Shown here: one piece after another, positions 27,862 to 41,530 of the stretch | Numbering within the stretch: position 1 is the first letter of the stretch | Layout: every line of letters starts with the position of its first letter | Assembly: GCF_001194135.2 (NCBI RefSeq) | Contig: NC_069000.1 | Coordinates: 21,168,050 to 21,226,144, forward strand | Direction: 5' to 3' | Source of the DNA: Octopus bimaculoides | Lineage: Eukaryota | Length of the DNA stretch: 58,095 nt | Notes under the pieces: generated by a model | The model's input: the letters and a program-made list of their open reading frames with translations, nothing else | What the model was told of the DNA's origin: nothing | The model's database searches: none | Made by a program: the position numbers and the translations under genes

Positions 27862-30467
27862 AGAGAGAAGTTTCTTCATTGGTCAAATGGACACAATTTG
27901 TCTATAGACACATTTTGACCAACAAGGAAGCCATTATGTGGTTAGTCAACCTTCTAGAAATAGCAGCCAATTCTTCCTCAAACCACTCCTACACCTTAAG
28001 AAGAGACATATTAGATGATGTAGTCCAGAATACACTATAGCTGAATAAAAGACAGGATGGTCATGGAAGGAATACCTCTGACCATAAGTCTGCTCAATCA
28101 GAACCATTTAGGGGCTGATCAACAACAATAGATTTAATATATACATAGAAAGATCGATATAACAGCTAATACTTGTTTCAAATCCCAAGAAATTATGTGA
28201 CCCAAAACTGAAATATTGTTTGAAACCCAACCCACAATTGAGAAGATTTTTTAAAACTTAATCAAATGTAAGATCTTTGTGTCTAAAAAAAAGGCACAAA
28301 TTAAAATAAAAAGAATATTTTACAACTGAAAATATAAATTTCTTAAATACATATCAAAAATAAGACTTTTCTTTTACATATAACATAAGGAGACTGTTTC
28401 CCTTGAAAAGGACCTTAATAAATGAAGGTTCCTTTCAAACACAACCCATGACAGGCAGCTATTTTGGATAAAACCCAAGTAGAAAAGTTACTTTAACGAT
28501 CCCAAGTTCCTTTCAAAAACTCAATACATATATAAAAGTTCTCACAAAACACAACCAAAATAAAGAAGTTCCCTTTAAGTAAAATCCAAATTAGGAATAA
28601 GAGGGTTCCTTAAGAATATTAAACCTAATTCCTATATTTGATAATTGTCATGACATTGTCCCTGTCTCATTCTTCATATATCAAAACACTGCATGACAAT
28701 GGATGGATTTTTCATTTTGGAGACCAGACAATATGTCAGCTATAAATAATAAATTTTTACAAAGCTTAAATACCAGATTGTATATCTCCCTTGCTTCTGC
28801 TTCTCTCTCCCTAATCACATACACAAGTAAGCTTTCAACCACAATTTACAAACTATTTCTCCCATAACTGAACTCACTCGCTCTCTCTCTCTTTCTCTCT
28901 CCCATCTGATCCTCCATTTCACTAAAACTACAAAATCTGATCCTCTATTTAATTAAAACTACAAAATTTACAAGCTCCCCACTCTCCATCGCTCACCTTA
29001 AGTTAATCAATGCACCCACCTACCAAACCTACATGAACATTTCTGAGTTACCCCAACTTCCACATCCTGTAATCATTCAGTTGTATTGTCATTAGTTCAG
29101 TTTGCAGGGGTCACATCACTTTATCCCACTTTGGTGACCAACAAAACATTTACAAAGAGAGAGAGAGAAAACAGCTTATTTATAAATGTTTTATTTTCCT
29201 TACTTAATCATATTTATCATATTCTTTTAATCTTTTACTTGTTTCAGTCATTTGACTGCGGCCATGCTGGAGCACTGACTTTAGTTGAACAAATCAACTC
29301 CAGGGCTTATTCTTTGTAAGCCTAGTACTTATTCTATCAGTCTCATTTGCCAAACCGCTAGTAAACACACCAACATTGGTTGTCAAGTGATGGTGAGGAG
29401 ACATACATACACACACACATACATATATATACAATGGACTATTTTCAGTTTCTGTCTCTGAAATCCACTCTCACAAGGCTTTGGTTGGCCCAAAGGTAGA
29501 GTAGAATACACTTGCCCAAGGTGCAACACAGTGGGGCTGAACCCAGAACCATGTGGTTGGGAAGCAAACTTCTTACCACACAGCCGCTCCTTTACTTTTC
29601 ATTTCAAAGTTTCATCATGTGTCCAGACAAGTGCACAACAACCAAAGTCTACCGATATCTTGTCTCCCAATAACTACAACACTCTTGCAATTCCTTCCTT
29701 ACCACATGTTTTAGTTTTCTTTCAGTCATCAACTTAGAACAGTTTAAGCTGAACATTAGTTGTACCGATTCCAGCCAGTTTTTCCTGTTCAGTGTTTGAT
29801 GACCAAAAGTGGAGGGGGGGGGGAGCTCTTTTCCTTTCTTAGTTAAATAAACAAAGAGCACAACTAGTAAAGTTTCCTACAAGAATAAATTACATTCTAT
29901 GTAAACTGGTTTCGAATTTTGACACAAGGCCAGCAATTTCAGTGAAAAGCTAAGTTGATTACATCAACTCCAGTGTTCAACTGGTACTTATTTTATTGAC
30001 CCTGAATGGATGAAAGGCAAGGTCAACCCTAGTGGAATGTGAACTCAGAATGTTAAAGATGGACAAAATGTCACTAAGCATTCTGCCTGGCATGCTAACA
30101 ATTCTGACAGCTTGCTGCCTTGCATTCTATGTATATTATAAGCATGAACATATGATTTTATTGTGAACATTTTAACATATATGAGTGAGTGTTTATAAAT
30201 ATGTGTTCAACTATGTATGTGTACATGTACACACATACAGATGCATATGTACATACAGATGCATATGTACATACACATGCAGACATATGTATGTATTTAT
30301 TTACCTATTCAAAGACTCAGCTTTGAATAACTGAATGAAATTTACCATTCATACAGAGTACTTTTTTCTCTTGTTTCTACATTCAAATATGTCTATACAC
30401 ACACACATATACACATGCACACACACACATATATATATTATATATATACATATATTATATATGTGTA

Positions 30468-30508
<41 letters not shown>

Positions 30509-33500
30509 GCACACACACACACACGCACACACATCTATACCTACACACTCACACATATATCCTTTTTTAATCACTACTTAAATATGAAATAATGATTTGT
30601 AGTAATTTTTAGTTTGCCTCAATGCCATAAAATAGTTGTGTTAATTATTTTAAGCTGTACACTATTTGAAGCAAACAGTTGAAAAGAGCTGCTAAAATCA
30701 TATAAAATATATTGTTGGCTGTGTGATCAAAAACAAATTTTTTTAACGTAACTGTTCAACTCTTGCAAAATAAAAAAAAATTGTGAAGAGAGTGTGATTA
30801 AAAGATTTGTGCAAGTATTTTTTAGCAACTATATTTATGAATGTTCCCTCTTATTTGGATTTATTTTTTTATATTTGCAATTTTGGACAATGATAAATTT
30901 TATCTTATTTTAGTGATTCTGCATTGTCAGAAAATATCTTCTGAAATATATGCGATAATAGGTTAAGACAAAATTGTCTGGTAACCAACAAGAGGTAAAA
31001 GAGAAAAATAAAAAATAAAAAATGCCTCAAAGCAATCATTGCATGAGTCAGGTAGAAATATTTGATTGGTCTCAGAGGAGATATATTCTAAAAGAAATAT
31101 AATAGAGGAAATGGAAAGGTGACAGCAGCTAAATAGGAGAGAAGACAAGAAAAGCAAAGTTACAAAAGAGGATTAATGTTAAAGAGATTATTTTCTTTTC
31201 CAGTTCAGTCTCACACTTGACTTCCATATTTCCCTTTGTCTCTCTGGAAGAGATGCTGGCTGCCAGCTCTCATTTTCTTGAACAAATTACTTGTAAAGCG
31301 TGAAAGGACAAATTTCAGGCCTTTTCTTAGAATGACAAAAGAACCGCAATCCCTTTTCTGCATTTTGGACCTGGAGCCAGTGGACTGCAAAAAGAGTTGC
31401 AGTCTTAATGAGCAGACATTTGAACAGCATTTGAATAAGCAGAAAAGGAAAGTAGTATTAATAGCAAATTCATAAGAATAGACAGAAAAGAAAATCTCAA
31501 AATGTGGTGAAGAAAACAAGTGGTGGCAAATGAGACAGTCACAGAAAATTCTGTAAACTTGAAGGAAGTGAATTTATATACAGAAAATATATTTAAATCT
31601 GTTTTCTTCAGAGTGGGTATAACGCAAGCCATATAACTACAGCACGATTTATAGCAGCGTAGCCAGAAGATAAAATACAGGCATGTAGCAGAGTAATTGG
31701 GTTAAGAGGTTGGGTAGTGTAAGTTGAATATGGAGCTGTTAATACTGGACATCAGCATAAGCTGAGTAATTCAAATATGATGTATAGTTCAGTGAATTAA
31801 GACATGGTGTATAACTGTCTAAGCTGGAAATGGTATAATAGATGTGTAAATTGTCTAAGTTTCACACAGTGTATAACAGTGTAAGCTGGATACAGTGAAT
31901 AGCTATATATAAGTTGGACATGGTGTATAGTAGTGTTAGTTGGACATGATGCATAGCTGGGTAAATCAGGACATGGTACATAACTATGTAAAATGAGCAT
32001 GGTGTATAATTGTGCAAATTAGGACATGGTGTATAACTATGTAAGTCGGGTATGGTATAAAGCTGTGTAAATTGAGGCATGATGTATAGTTGTGTAAACA
32101 AGGCATGGTGTATAACTGTGTAAACTGAGACAGTGTATAGTTGTGTAAATTAGGACATGGCATATAGCTGTATATTGAGAGTTGGTGTATAATTGTGCAA
32201 GTTGGGCATGGTGTCTAGCTGTGTAAGCCGTAGCAGTGGTGTAATCCAAACAACACATATAGCAATCATGAAGGTTGAACAATATATACAACATCTGTGT
32301 ATCTAAAGACAACACATATAGCAGCTGTGCAACTTGAACAACTCATCTGGCAGCTATCTAAGTTAGAAAACGTGTTGCAGCAGTGTAACTTGAGTAACAC
32401 ATCTAGCAAGTGTGTAAGTTTATTAAAACATGTAAGCAGCCACGGTAGGCATATTGAAGAATATTTGAATAAGCAGGAGAAAAAAAAAAAAAATCAACTG
32501 TGCAACATTTATGAACATTCTAGAATAGTAGCTCGCAAACCTTTTTTTTTTTTTACTCATAGCACACTTTGACCCTTTAGCATTCAGATTACTTTGTCAA
32601 ATTTAATACTAATTTATTCACATTGTTTGAATTAACCCTTTCGTTACCAACCTGACTGAAACTGGCTCTGACACTGAGTACAAATGTCTTGTTTTCATAA
32701 GTTTTGAATTAAAATCTTCCACCAAACCTTAGTCACAGTTTATGTTCTTAACACTAGCTGGCTGAATGATAACTAAGTTATTTTACTAAATTCTTTGTTA
32801 TATTTAAAGTAATTGAAAGAAACACAGAGCATCTCAAAATAAATACAGTAACGAAAGGGTTAATCATGCTTCAAGATTTCAATATGATTGCTTATTTTTT
32901 AGAAAAACATTATAGTATGAGAGGCCAAATCTGGCTAGTTTGAATACAACTGGTTTAGATGCTAAAGGGTTAAAGCAAATAGAAACATGCTGGCACACTT
33001 TATAAATAAAGTTAAAAGAAAGTATCTATGTTTTAGCCTACAAATAAAATCTAAACTGCAAAAAATAATTATTTATTTTTTTATTCAATAAATGTTGTAA
33101 TGTTACCAATGAGATTTCTTTGTTTTTTTAGTTTTTTCAGCCATAGGTTTTCTATATTTAGGAATATTTAGGATAAACATATCTTCTTTTCATCTTCAGT
33201 GCAGTACCAAATTTAGATTTTATACATATATATAACATCTCTAAAATCCCTTATTAAAAAATTATACCAAAAGGTTACACAAAACTTGAAAATGTATATG
33301 CCTCATAAATATATGTAACCCCTGTGGACTGTGAAACCCTAAGTTGCAGATTGTTATGGTTGTGTCTAAATCCTTCATTGCTTCAATGCAGTGAAGTATC
33401 TTTTTTAATCTGCATTTGATGTTAGTGAAAAAAACTCTCTAATCATATAAATATGATGTAAAAAGCTGAATGAAAATGGATATTCTTCTCTGATAGAAAT

Positions 33501-35009
33501 CCAAGTAACTCTGTATGCTTGACTATAAATCTACATTTGCTGGATACAGAAGCCAGTTCTCCTGATAATTTCAAACCAACATCAGATGAAATTTTTATAA
33601 ATACCTTTCAAATACAATAATAATGCTCTATATTTATTGACAGTCATATATGGCAGATAGCTGCTAGAATGACGTTATATTCAGTAATGAAACAAGCTTT
33701 CCATTTTACAACAGTGACAAAAGGAAACAGGTGGAGAGAAAAGAGAATTTTAGGTTTAAACCTGAATCTCACAACTTTACCAAATAGAGTGGGGCAAGAA
33801 AAATATTTAGCTGGAATTGTGTCATTTTAAGGGGTTTGAAGGCAGTGAATTGGCAAAGTCATTAGAGTGCTGAATATTATACCTCATGGTATTTGTTCTA
33901 ATGCTCTGCTCTGAACTCAAGTCCTGCCAAGGTTTATTTTGCCTTTTATCCTTTCAAAGTCATTAAAATATTACCAATCAATGGTGGAAGATTGATGCAA
34001 GTATTAGAGGGTAGGGAAAGATGCTTTGTGGCATGTGTTCTAAGCTATTTGCATTTTGATAGCAATGTCTGAGACAACACAGGTAACAAGCTGTATCAGC
34101 ATAAGTTAACCAACTTTTCTTAAATGATATTAGTGTCATGGAAAGAGGAGACATTTATCCATAAGCCGCAGCTATTTTTCCTAAAATTAAAATCTTGCTC
34201 TGGCTCACACATATATGGACCGATATATGGGCAACCATGAATGATAAAGGCACTTTATAAAGGTGTTGGCAAATTAGCATTCATTGATGGCACAATGAAT
34301 GAAATTCAATATATTGATATATTAGCCAACAATTTATTTATCACATTTTATTTAGAAAATCAATTAATTATGCAATTCAATATTTATATTTTTATTGGTG
34401 TCATGTAAAAAAAATGATGTATTCTAAGTCAAAATCAAATATTCTCAATATCATTTTTATATACTATACCCCACCCCAAAAACTAATTAAAATTACTCCA
34501 TCACTTCCCTCTCTGTGATCAGTTTGCTAGGCACATTTACAGTTATATTTTATATTATATTAGCATTTTATATTTAGAATTTCAGTCTGCATATCCCACA
34601 CTTTTTTACTGCTTTTGCAGCATACCTGGATACATCTCATGGCATACCAGTGTATCACAATACAGCATTTGGGATCCATTGCTCTAGACAGTTCAAGTAA
34701 AAAAGATACTAGATAAAAGAAATGTCTATAATGGAACCAATAAACTTGTTAGAATTGAACCCTCTGGTTATATAATTTAAGTAGAAGATAACTGGATTAG
34801 ATCTTACAAAGTTGGGCTTCACAGATGAATTTACAAAAGAAGTGGGATGTATACCATTACACAGAGCACTGCCAGAGTAAAGAGAGGGTGTTATATAAAA
34901 GATGGTTATGATAACTTCATGTGGAATAAGAAAATTTTGTGTATTAAATAGTTTAACAAAATGTTATGCTCTCACATGGGCTTGCCATTGACAATTAAAA
35001 CAAACTAAA

Positions 35010-35055
<46 letters not shown>

Positions 35056-35749
35056 AGTACAGGACAACGAAGAAGCTACACTGTTGCCTGAGCTGCTAGA
35101 AATAGCAGCTAAATCTCCTTCACATCACAACCTGCTGTCTTAAAGGCAGTTCACATCGAACAATGTAGTGTAAGATAAGCTATGTTTGAATAAAAGATAG
35201 GATGGTTATGACCAGGATCTCTTTGATAACAGACCTAATCAATTGGAAATGACCAATGTGAAACAACAATTAGCACAGCAAAGACATGTGAAAATGAAAA
35301 GGAAATATGAACTCACACACACACATATCTTTGGACTCTCCTGCCATAGACAACAGGTGAGGATTCCGTAACTTTTTGCTGAACAACCTGCACAGATGAT
35401 TTGCTTATAGTAATCAAATGTTTGTGCTGTACATTAGCTCAAACCCTCCATCAAATGAACATTGCCTGCACTGGTGCATATCAAATGTTAAGGTGATTTC
35501 AGAGCAACATAAAATGAAGTGTTTTGCTTAAGAACACAAAGCACCACCAAGTCAGGGAATCTGGTTAAAGTATTGCGCACGTAATCATGAGATTGTGGTT
35601 TTCATTCTCAGACCAGGTGGTGCATTGTGTTCCTGAGCAAAACACTTCATTTCACATTACTCTGAGATCACTTTGACATCTGATGTTTGGCAAATCATGC
35701 ACGTGTACCGGCAATGTGAATTTGATGGAGGGAATGAGTGAGCTAATAT

Positions 35750-35791
<42 letters not shown>

Positions 35792-36974
35792 GAATTTACG
35801 AAAAAAACAACAGACGAAGACAGGTGGTGTAAACAACAAAAGGATGTATTAGTTTAACGCTCGGGAATAGAGAAAGTCTTTGACGTTTCAAGCCTATGCT
35901 CTTCAACTGAAAGGAACACAGAAAGAAACAAGGAGAGAAACAAGGAGAAAAAAAATATAAATGTAGTGGTCAGCGATCTATCATATATAAATTAAGAGAG
36001 TGGAGCAGGTAAAATGCATTCTACATATGGTTCTTAGCTAACTGGAGCTAATGATGTAATTGTTATGCAATGAGCTATGCTCAACATAGTTAATCGGTAA
36101 GCTGAGATTTCCTTAATAAAATGAAATTCCTGGCAACAATGTAACCTTCATTTCATTAAGGGAATCTCAGCTTGATGATTAGCGACATTTAGTATAGCTC
36201 ATTGCATAACAATTACATCATTAGCTTCAGCTAGTTAAGAAACACATGTAGCATGCATTTTACATGTTCCATTCTCTCAATTTGAAATTTTATTTGCATT
36301 TTTAGCAGCTTTAGTTGCTAACTGTGAGCTGTATTCAAACTATCAACTTATCACATTTTCTCACAACTTTATATGGGAAAAAGTGTGTAACTCTCGATGC
36401 CAATAAATTGTCACTGTATCTTATCATAAATTGTCCACTTTTTGTTGTCTATACCTGCCACTCACAACATTAAGTTTACCAACTTCCTACACTTGGATCC
36501 CCAAATTATACATATATATATTATAGGAACAGGAGTGGCTAATAAGTGCAGGAGTGGCTGATAGGCGCAGGAATGGCAGTGTGGTAAGAAATTGCTTCCT
36601 AACCACATGGTTCTGGGTTCAGTCCCACTGTGTGGCACCTTGGACAAGTGTCTTCTACTATAGCCTCAGGCCGACCAAAGCCTTGTGAGTGTATATGGTA
36701 GACAGAAACTGAAAGAAGCCCATCGTAAATATATATATATATATGTATATATTTGTGTGTGTGCTTGTGTTCGTCCCCCCACCATCTCTTGACAACCGAT
36801 GTTGGTGTGTTTACATCACCCGTAACTTAGCAGTTCAGCAAAACAGCCCAATAGAATAAGTACTAGGCTTACAAAGAATAAGTCCTGAGTCAATTTGTTC
36901 AACTAAAGGCGGTGCTCTGGCATGGCTGCAGTCAAATGACTGAAACAATTTAAAGATTAAAAGAAAAAGAATAT

Positions 36975-37020
<46 letters not shown>

Positions 37021-40000
37021 CCCTTCTGTCCGGCATTTGCCATGATAGATCGCTAGCCACTACACATTCTTTATTTTCTCTCCTTGCTTCTTTCTGTGTT
37101 CCTTTCTGTGGAAGAGCGTAGGCTCGAAACGTTAAAGACTTTTTCACTTTCTGTTTGTTGTCTACACCACCTGTCTTCATCTTTTGTTTTTTTTTCGAAT
37201 TCTCCCTATATATATATGTATGTATGTTTATATCATCATCATCATCATCATCATATGTATATATATATATATAATGAACTTCTTCAGTTTCCATCTACCA
37301 AATATTACTCACAAGATATTGGGCAACCCATCACTTTGGAACAGGACACCAGCCAATGTGTCCATGCTGTGGAAACAAACCCCTAACTATGAGATTCTGA
37401 AGCAAACTTCTTAACCACAAAGCCATGCTTAAATGTACATAATAATAATATGTAAAAAAAACACACAAAAACTGTCAGATTCACTTTTTATTTATTTTTT
37501 GACATATTCATAACACTTCTGTGATCTGAATACTGACAAACTTCACACCAACTGCTAAAAATCAGTTACACAAAGGTGCTTTCTTTATTTTTCTTAACTT
37601 TTAGACATACAGGCCAAGGACACGATTGTTGTTTGACTTTTTTCAGGTTCAATTCCTATGTTTTCTTTCTCTATCTCTATTATATATTTAGTTATACATT
37701 TCATTGCAGTTATTTCTTTTCTTTATATTTCTTATTGATATTATTTTCCCCATGGGTGCTGGTTTTGAATGTACGGAAATGCTGTTTGCTATATAAAGTA
37801 TGGATGTGCAATTCCCTGACCCCACCACCTCCCACCCATCTATTACAACCTTTGGGGGACATCTTATCTCCAGTATCTATCCCTTTACAGCTCCTATTGA
37901 TCATTATCTCCACCTCCTATTAAATGTGAGTAATCATGCAGCTCTCCTACAACAACTTGCTTTGCACCCTTCCTCCTACCTCATACTGTACCCCCTTAAT
38001 CCCCAGTATAAAGCCAACACCTCCTCCCTCGGAGTTTGTAGTCTTGCAAACTGCATGATGACATCAATAGTGCCAGTGGTAGGAAGAAAGCACCAAGTAC
38101 ACACCATAAATTGGCTGGTATTAGGAAGGGTATTCCAATGTAGAAACCATGCCAAAGCAGACATTGGAGCATGAGGCAGTCCTTGAACTCATCAGATTCT
38201 GTCAACCCATTCAACCCATGCCAACATTTAACATGGACATAAAATGATGATGATGATATCAAATACCTGCTTATTATACAAGTCTATTGAACACATTCAT
38301 TTGCTTTCTATGACTGCTTTTACATGTTTGCTTGGCTTAAGATGTGTTTTACAGTCAGATGCCCTTCTTGTCATCTCTTTTTTAAGTCCTCCCAAGACAT
38401 ACAGCTATAAGATGTATTGTTTATGGGCAACATAAACATGACATCACCATACAGGGTGGGGAAGCAAAACTTAGAATATTTTGGAAACCTTATTTTTCAT
38501 ATATTCCTGAGCGTAAATACTAAAATATTGTTTTCTATTTCAGGGTGGAGGTATATAGAGTTAATTAAAGCAGAAGTTCCAGGCATATGATCAACATGCC
38601 CACTTAAGAAGCCAAGAGACAACGCATTGCGGATTTGCTTCATGCTAGGGTTGCAATTAGACGTATTGCTCAGACTGTTGGGGACCTCTGTGAGCACTGT
38701 CTACAATGTTAAGAACCGAATGCTGGAGGTATCAAGAGAAAGCAAGGAAGTGAAGACATCAATAAAAAGCAGGATAATGCATTTCTTAAATCTCTCAAAG
38801 CAAAAATTTTGAAAGACCCAACAAAATCCATGAAAAAACTGTCCATGGACATGAAAGCCGATCCAAAGGTTGCTGGTTGTTGTAACATAAAAAATTTAGT
38901 GAATAATTATTTTCAAAGCTTTGCTTCCCCACCCTGTATATGTATATATATGTGTGTATAGTTTTATATCCTGTTGCTCCCTGTACACTCATGTTTCACC
39001 ACTCACTGCATTCCCCTTTTCCTGTCCTTTCCTCCTTTATGCTCTTGTGAACTCCTTGCTCATGCACCCTGTCCAATCCTCTAAGCACTCCATTTACATT
39101 CACCTTCTTGTACCTTCAGGTACACCCTGGCACATCACTCTCTTGCTTTCACTCTCTCTCTCTATGACTGGAATAACACCTGTTTCTGTCTTTCTATCAT
39201 ACTTTAACCTCTCATCACCTGACACAAAGCCATTTTACTCAGTAGTCATTCTCCCTCTCAGTTGAAGAATCTTTATCTTGCAAGTTAATTGGTGACCTCG
39301 CCAGAGCTGGTGCTATATAAAACAGACTCAGTACACTCTGCAAAGTGGTTGATGTTAAGAAAGGCAGACAGAACTTGATGCAGTCCTTGGGCTGCCAGTC
39401 CTGTCGAACAAACCAACCAATGCAGACATTAAACAATAATTTGATGACGATGTACTTTCATTTATGTTTATATATCTTTTATGTTTTATTTTTCACTTGC
39501 TTCAGTTATTGGACTGTGGCCATGATGAATCTAATGATGTATATTAATGTAATATAAGGACTTGCTCACACCATTGCTCTTGGTTGTAATTATATATACA
39601 TATGTGTGTGTGTATGTGTGTGTGCATGTGTGTGTGTGTGTGTGTGTGTGCGTGTGCATTTATAATTATAACCAAGGAGAATGGAGTGAGCAAGTCCTTT
39701 TATTACATTAATTTACAACTGTTTCATCAAAAAGATCTCATGACTATTTCTATTGATTCATGAGGCATCACTGACACAAACTGAAATTCAACTCTTCAGT
39801 ACCATGCATAAAAGTTATTCACTATAGATACTTGAATTATTGATAATTTACACCTACATTTGGTATAAATGTGTATTTACATGATTACATTTACATGTTA
39901 CAGGCAGACCAAAATAAACCCTGACTTGAAGTGAGCAGTCAAGAAGAAGGATGACTTTAAAAATGGATAGAAAAATTAAAACCAGAAAAGAGAAAGGAAA

Positions 40001-40258
40001 GTTCTTGTTTTTAGACAATATAATAAATTAGAGTTTTGTAAAACAGTTTCTGTCCCAAAAGGTACTTCATAAATAATGTTCTTCAAAGATTCTTTAGTGC
40101 TTTTGGGGTATATTTATTTCATCTGCCAACCAGACAAGTAAATGCAGACATACCTTTGTACTTTTATCATAGTGAAATCTTTTGTGTCTGCTACATTATA
40201 GTTTGTTAACCAGATATTGACATCACAGAGGTTAGATGTAATTTATTGAGAATCCATC

Positions 40259-40322
<64 letters not shown>

Positions 40323-41461
40323 CCATATGCACGGACATGCCCACATGTGCAGACAGACAGAGAAGACACAGGTGCCACTGATGCCTAATGGCACATCCTA
40401 CTTACTAACAAGAAAAAATTAAGTAAATAAACCTACATGTGGACAGACTTGAACAATATATTTTTATAGAGAGATGAAAATTACAAAAAGAACATTTTTT
40501 CCTTCATTTCATACATTTATTCTAATTAACTCAATCAAATTTTCAAACACAGAGAATACTGCATTATAAATAAATAGATGTAGATATCATGGTACCCCAG
40601 CAGAAACTTCCATAAAGATACTGAAATTTAAAAGTTCACATTGTTGCAAGAAAAATCCTTCTAAGCACAAGATATATGCACTTCTGATATATTGGTGTAG
40701 AGGTCCATTTAGAAATCTTCGCAAAATCAGTTTTAGATGGTAATAGGAATAATTAGTAATTTTCTAATAAATATTTTGTTTCATATTTCTTGAGAGTTTT
40801 TCTGAACTTATGGCAGCATCTCATAGTAAATCTGAAAATATACATATGTATTTACAAACATTCACAAATGTACTATTATGAGCAGTTTTACACACATATA
40901 CATTTGTGTATGCATGTATATACATGTGTACATATAGGTATGTGTAGATATGTGGCTATATACAACTGTGTGTATACAAATACATGTATATATGTGTGAT
41001 TTCATCTATTGTATTATTTCTAAATTAGTGACAATTTGTTATTACTGGGAGGAGTTTAATAGTTAAATGCAGCTTAGCAAGAATCTAATTTAAATAGATT
41101 TGTACTAGGAAGCAGATATCTTTCAGCATACTTTATATAGACATAGCGAATAACACTGAAATTCTATATATATCCAAAACTAGAGTCCCTGCACAAAAAC
41201 TGAAATGAAAAACAGGAAAAAACACACTTCTACAGTACAATCAGATGTCTGGAAATTCAGCAACATAAAAAAGTAAATAATATGCTCTAAGGCTTATAAA
41301 ATCCTGATTATCAGCAGTTGCTGTAGGACAAAAATTCTGACACTTCTCAAAAATAAAAGTAGAGTAAATGCAACAGTTTTTGTGTGTTCTGAGAACATTC
41401 TTCCAAAATGTAACTTCAACAGTTTCAAATCAAGTCCCCTGCTAAACAAGTACAACTCCAA

Positions 41462-41530
<69 letters not shown>

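Noticed and set aside
25421-37674. Several small minus-strand exon-like segments (25421-25454, 25849-25910, 33605-33663, 34626-34683, 37609-37674 and others) and plus-strand ones (for example 25998-26040)
   Set aside because: None is a phase 0-0 cassette for the host intron. Equally plausible chains can be built on both strands, which points to chance in AT-rich DNA. RNA-seq would be needed.
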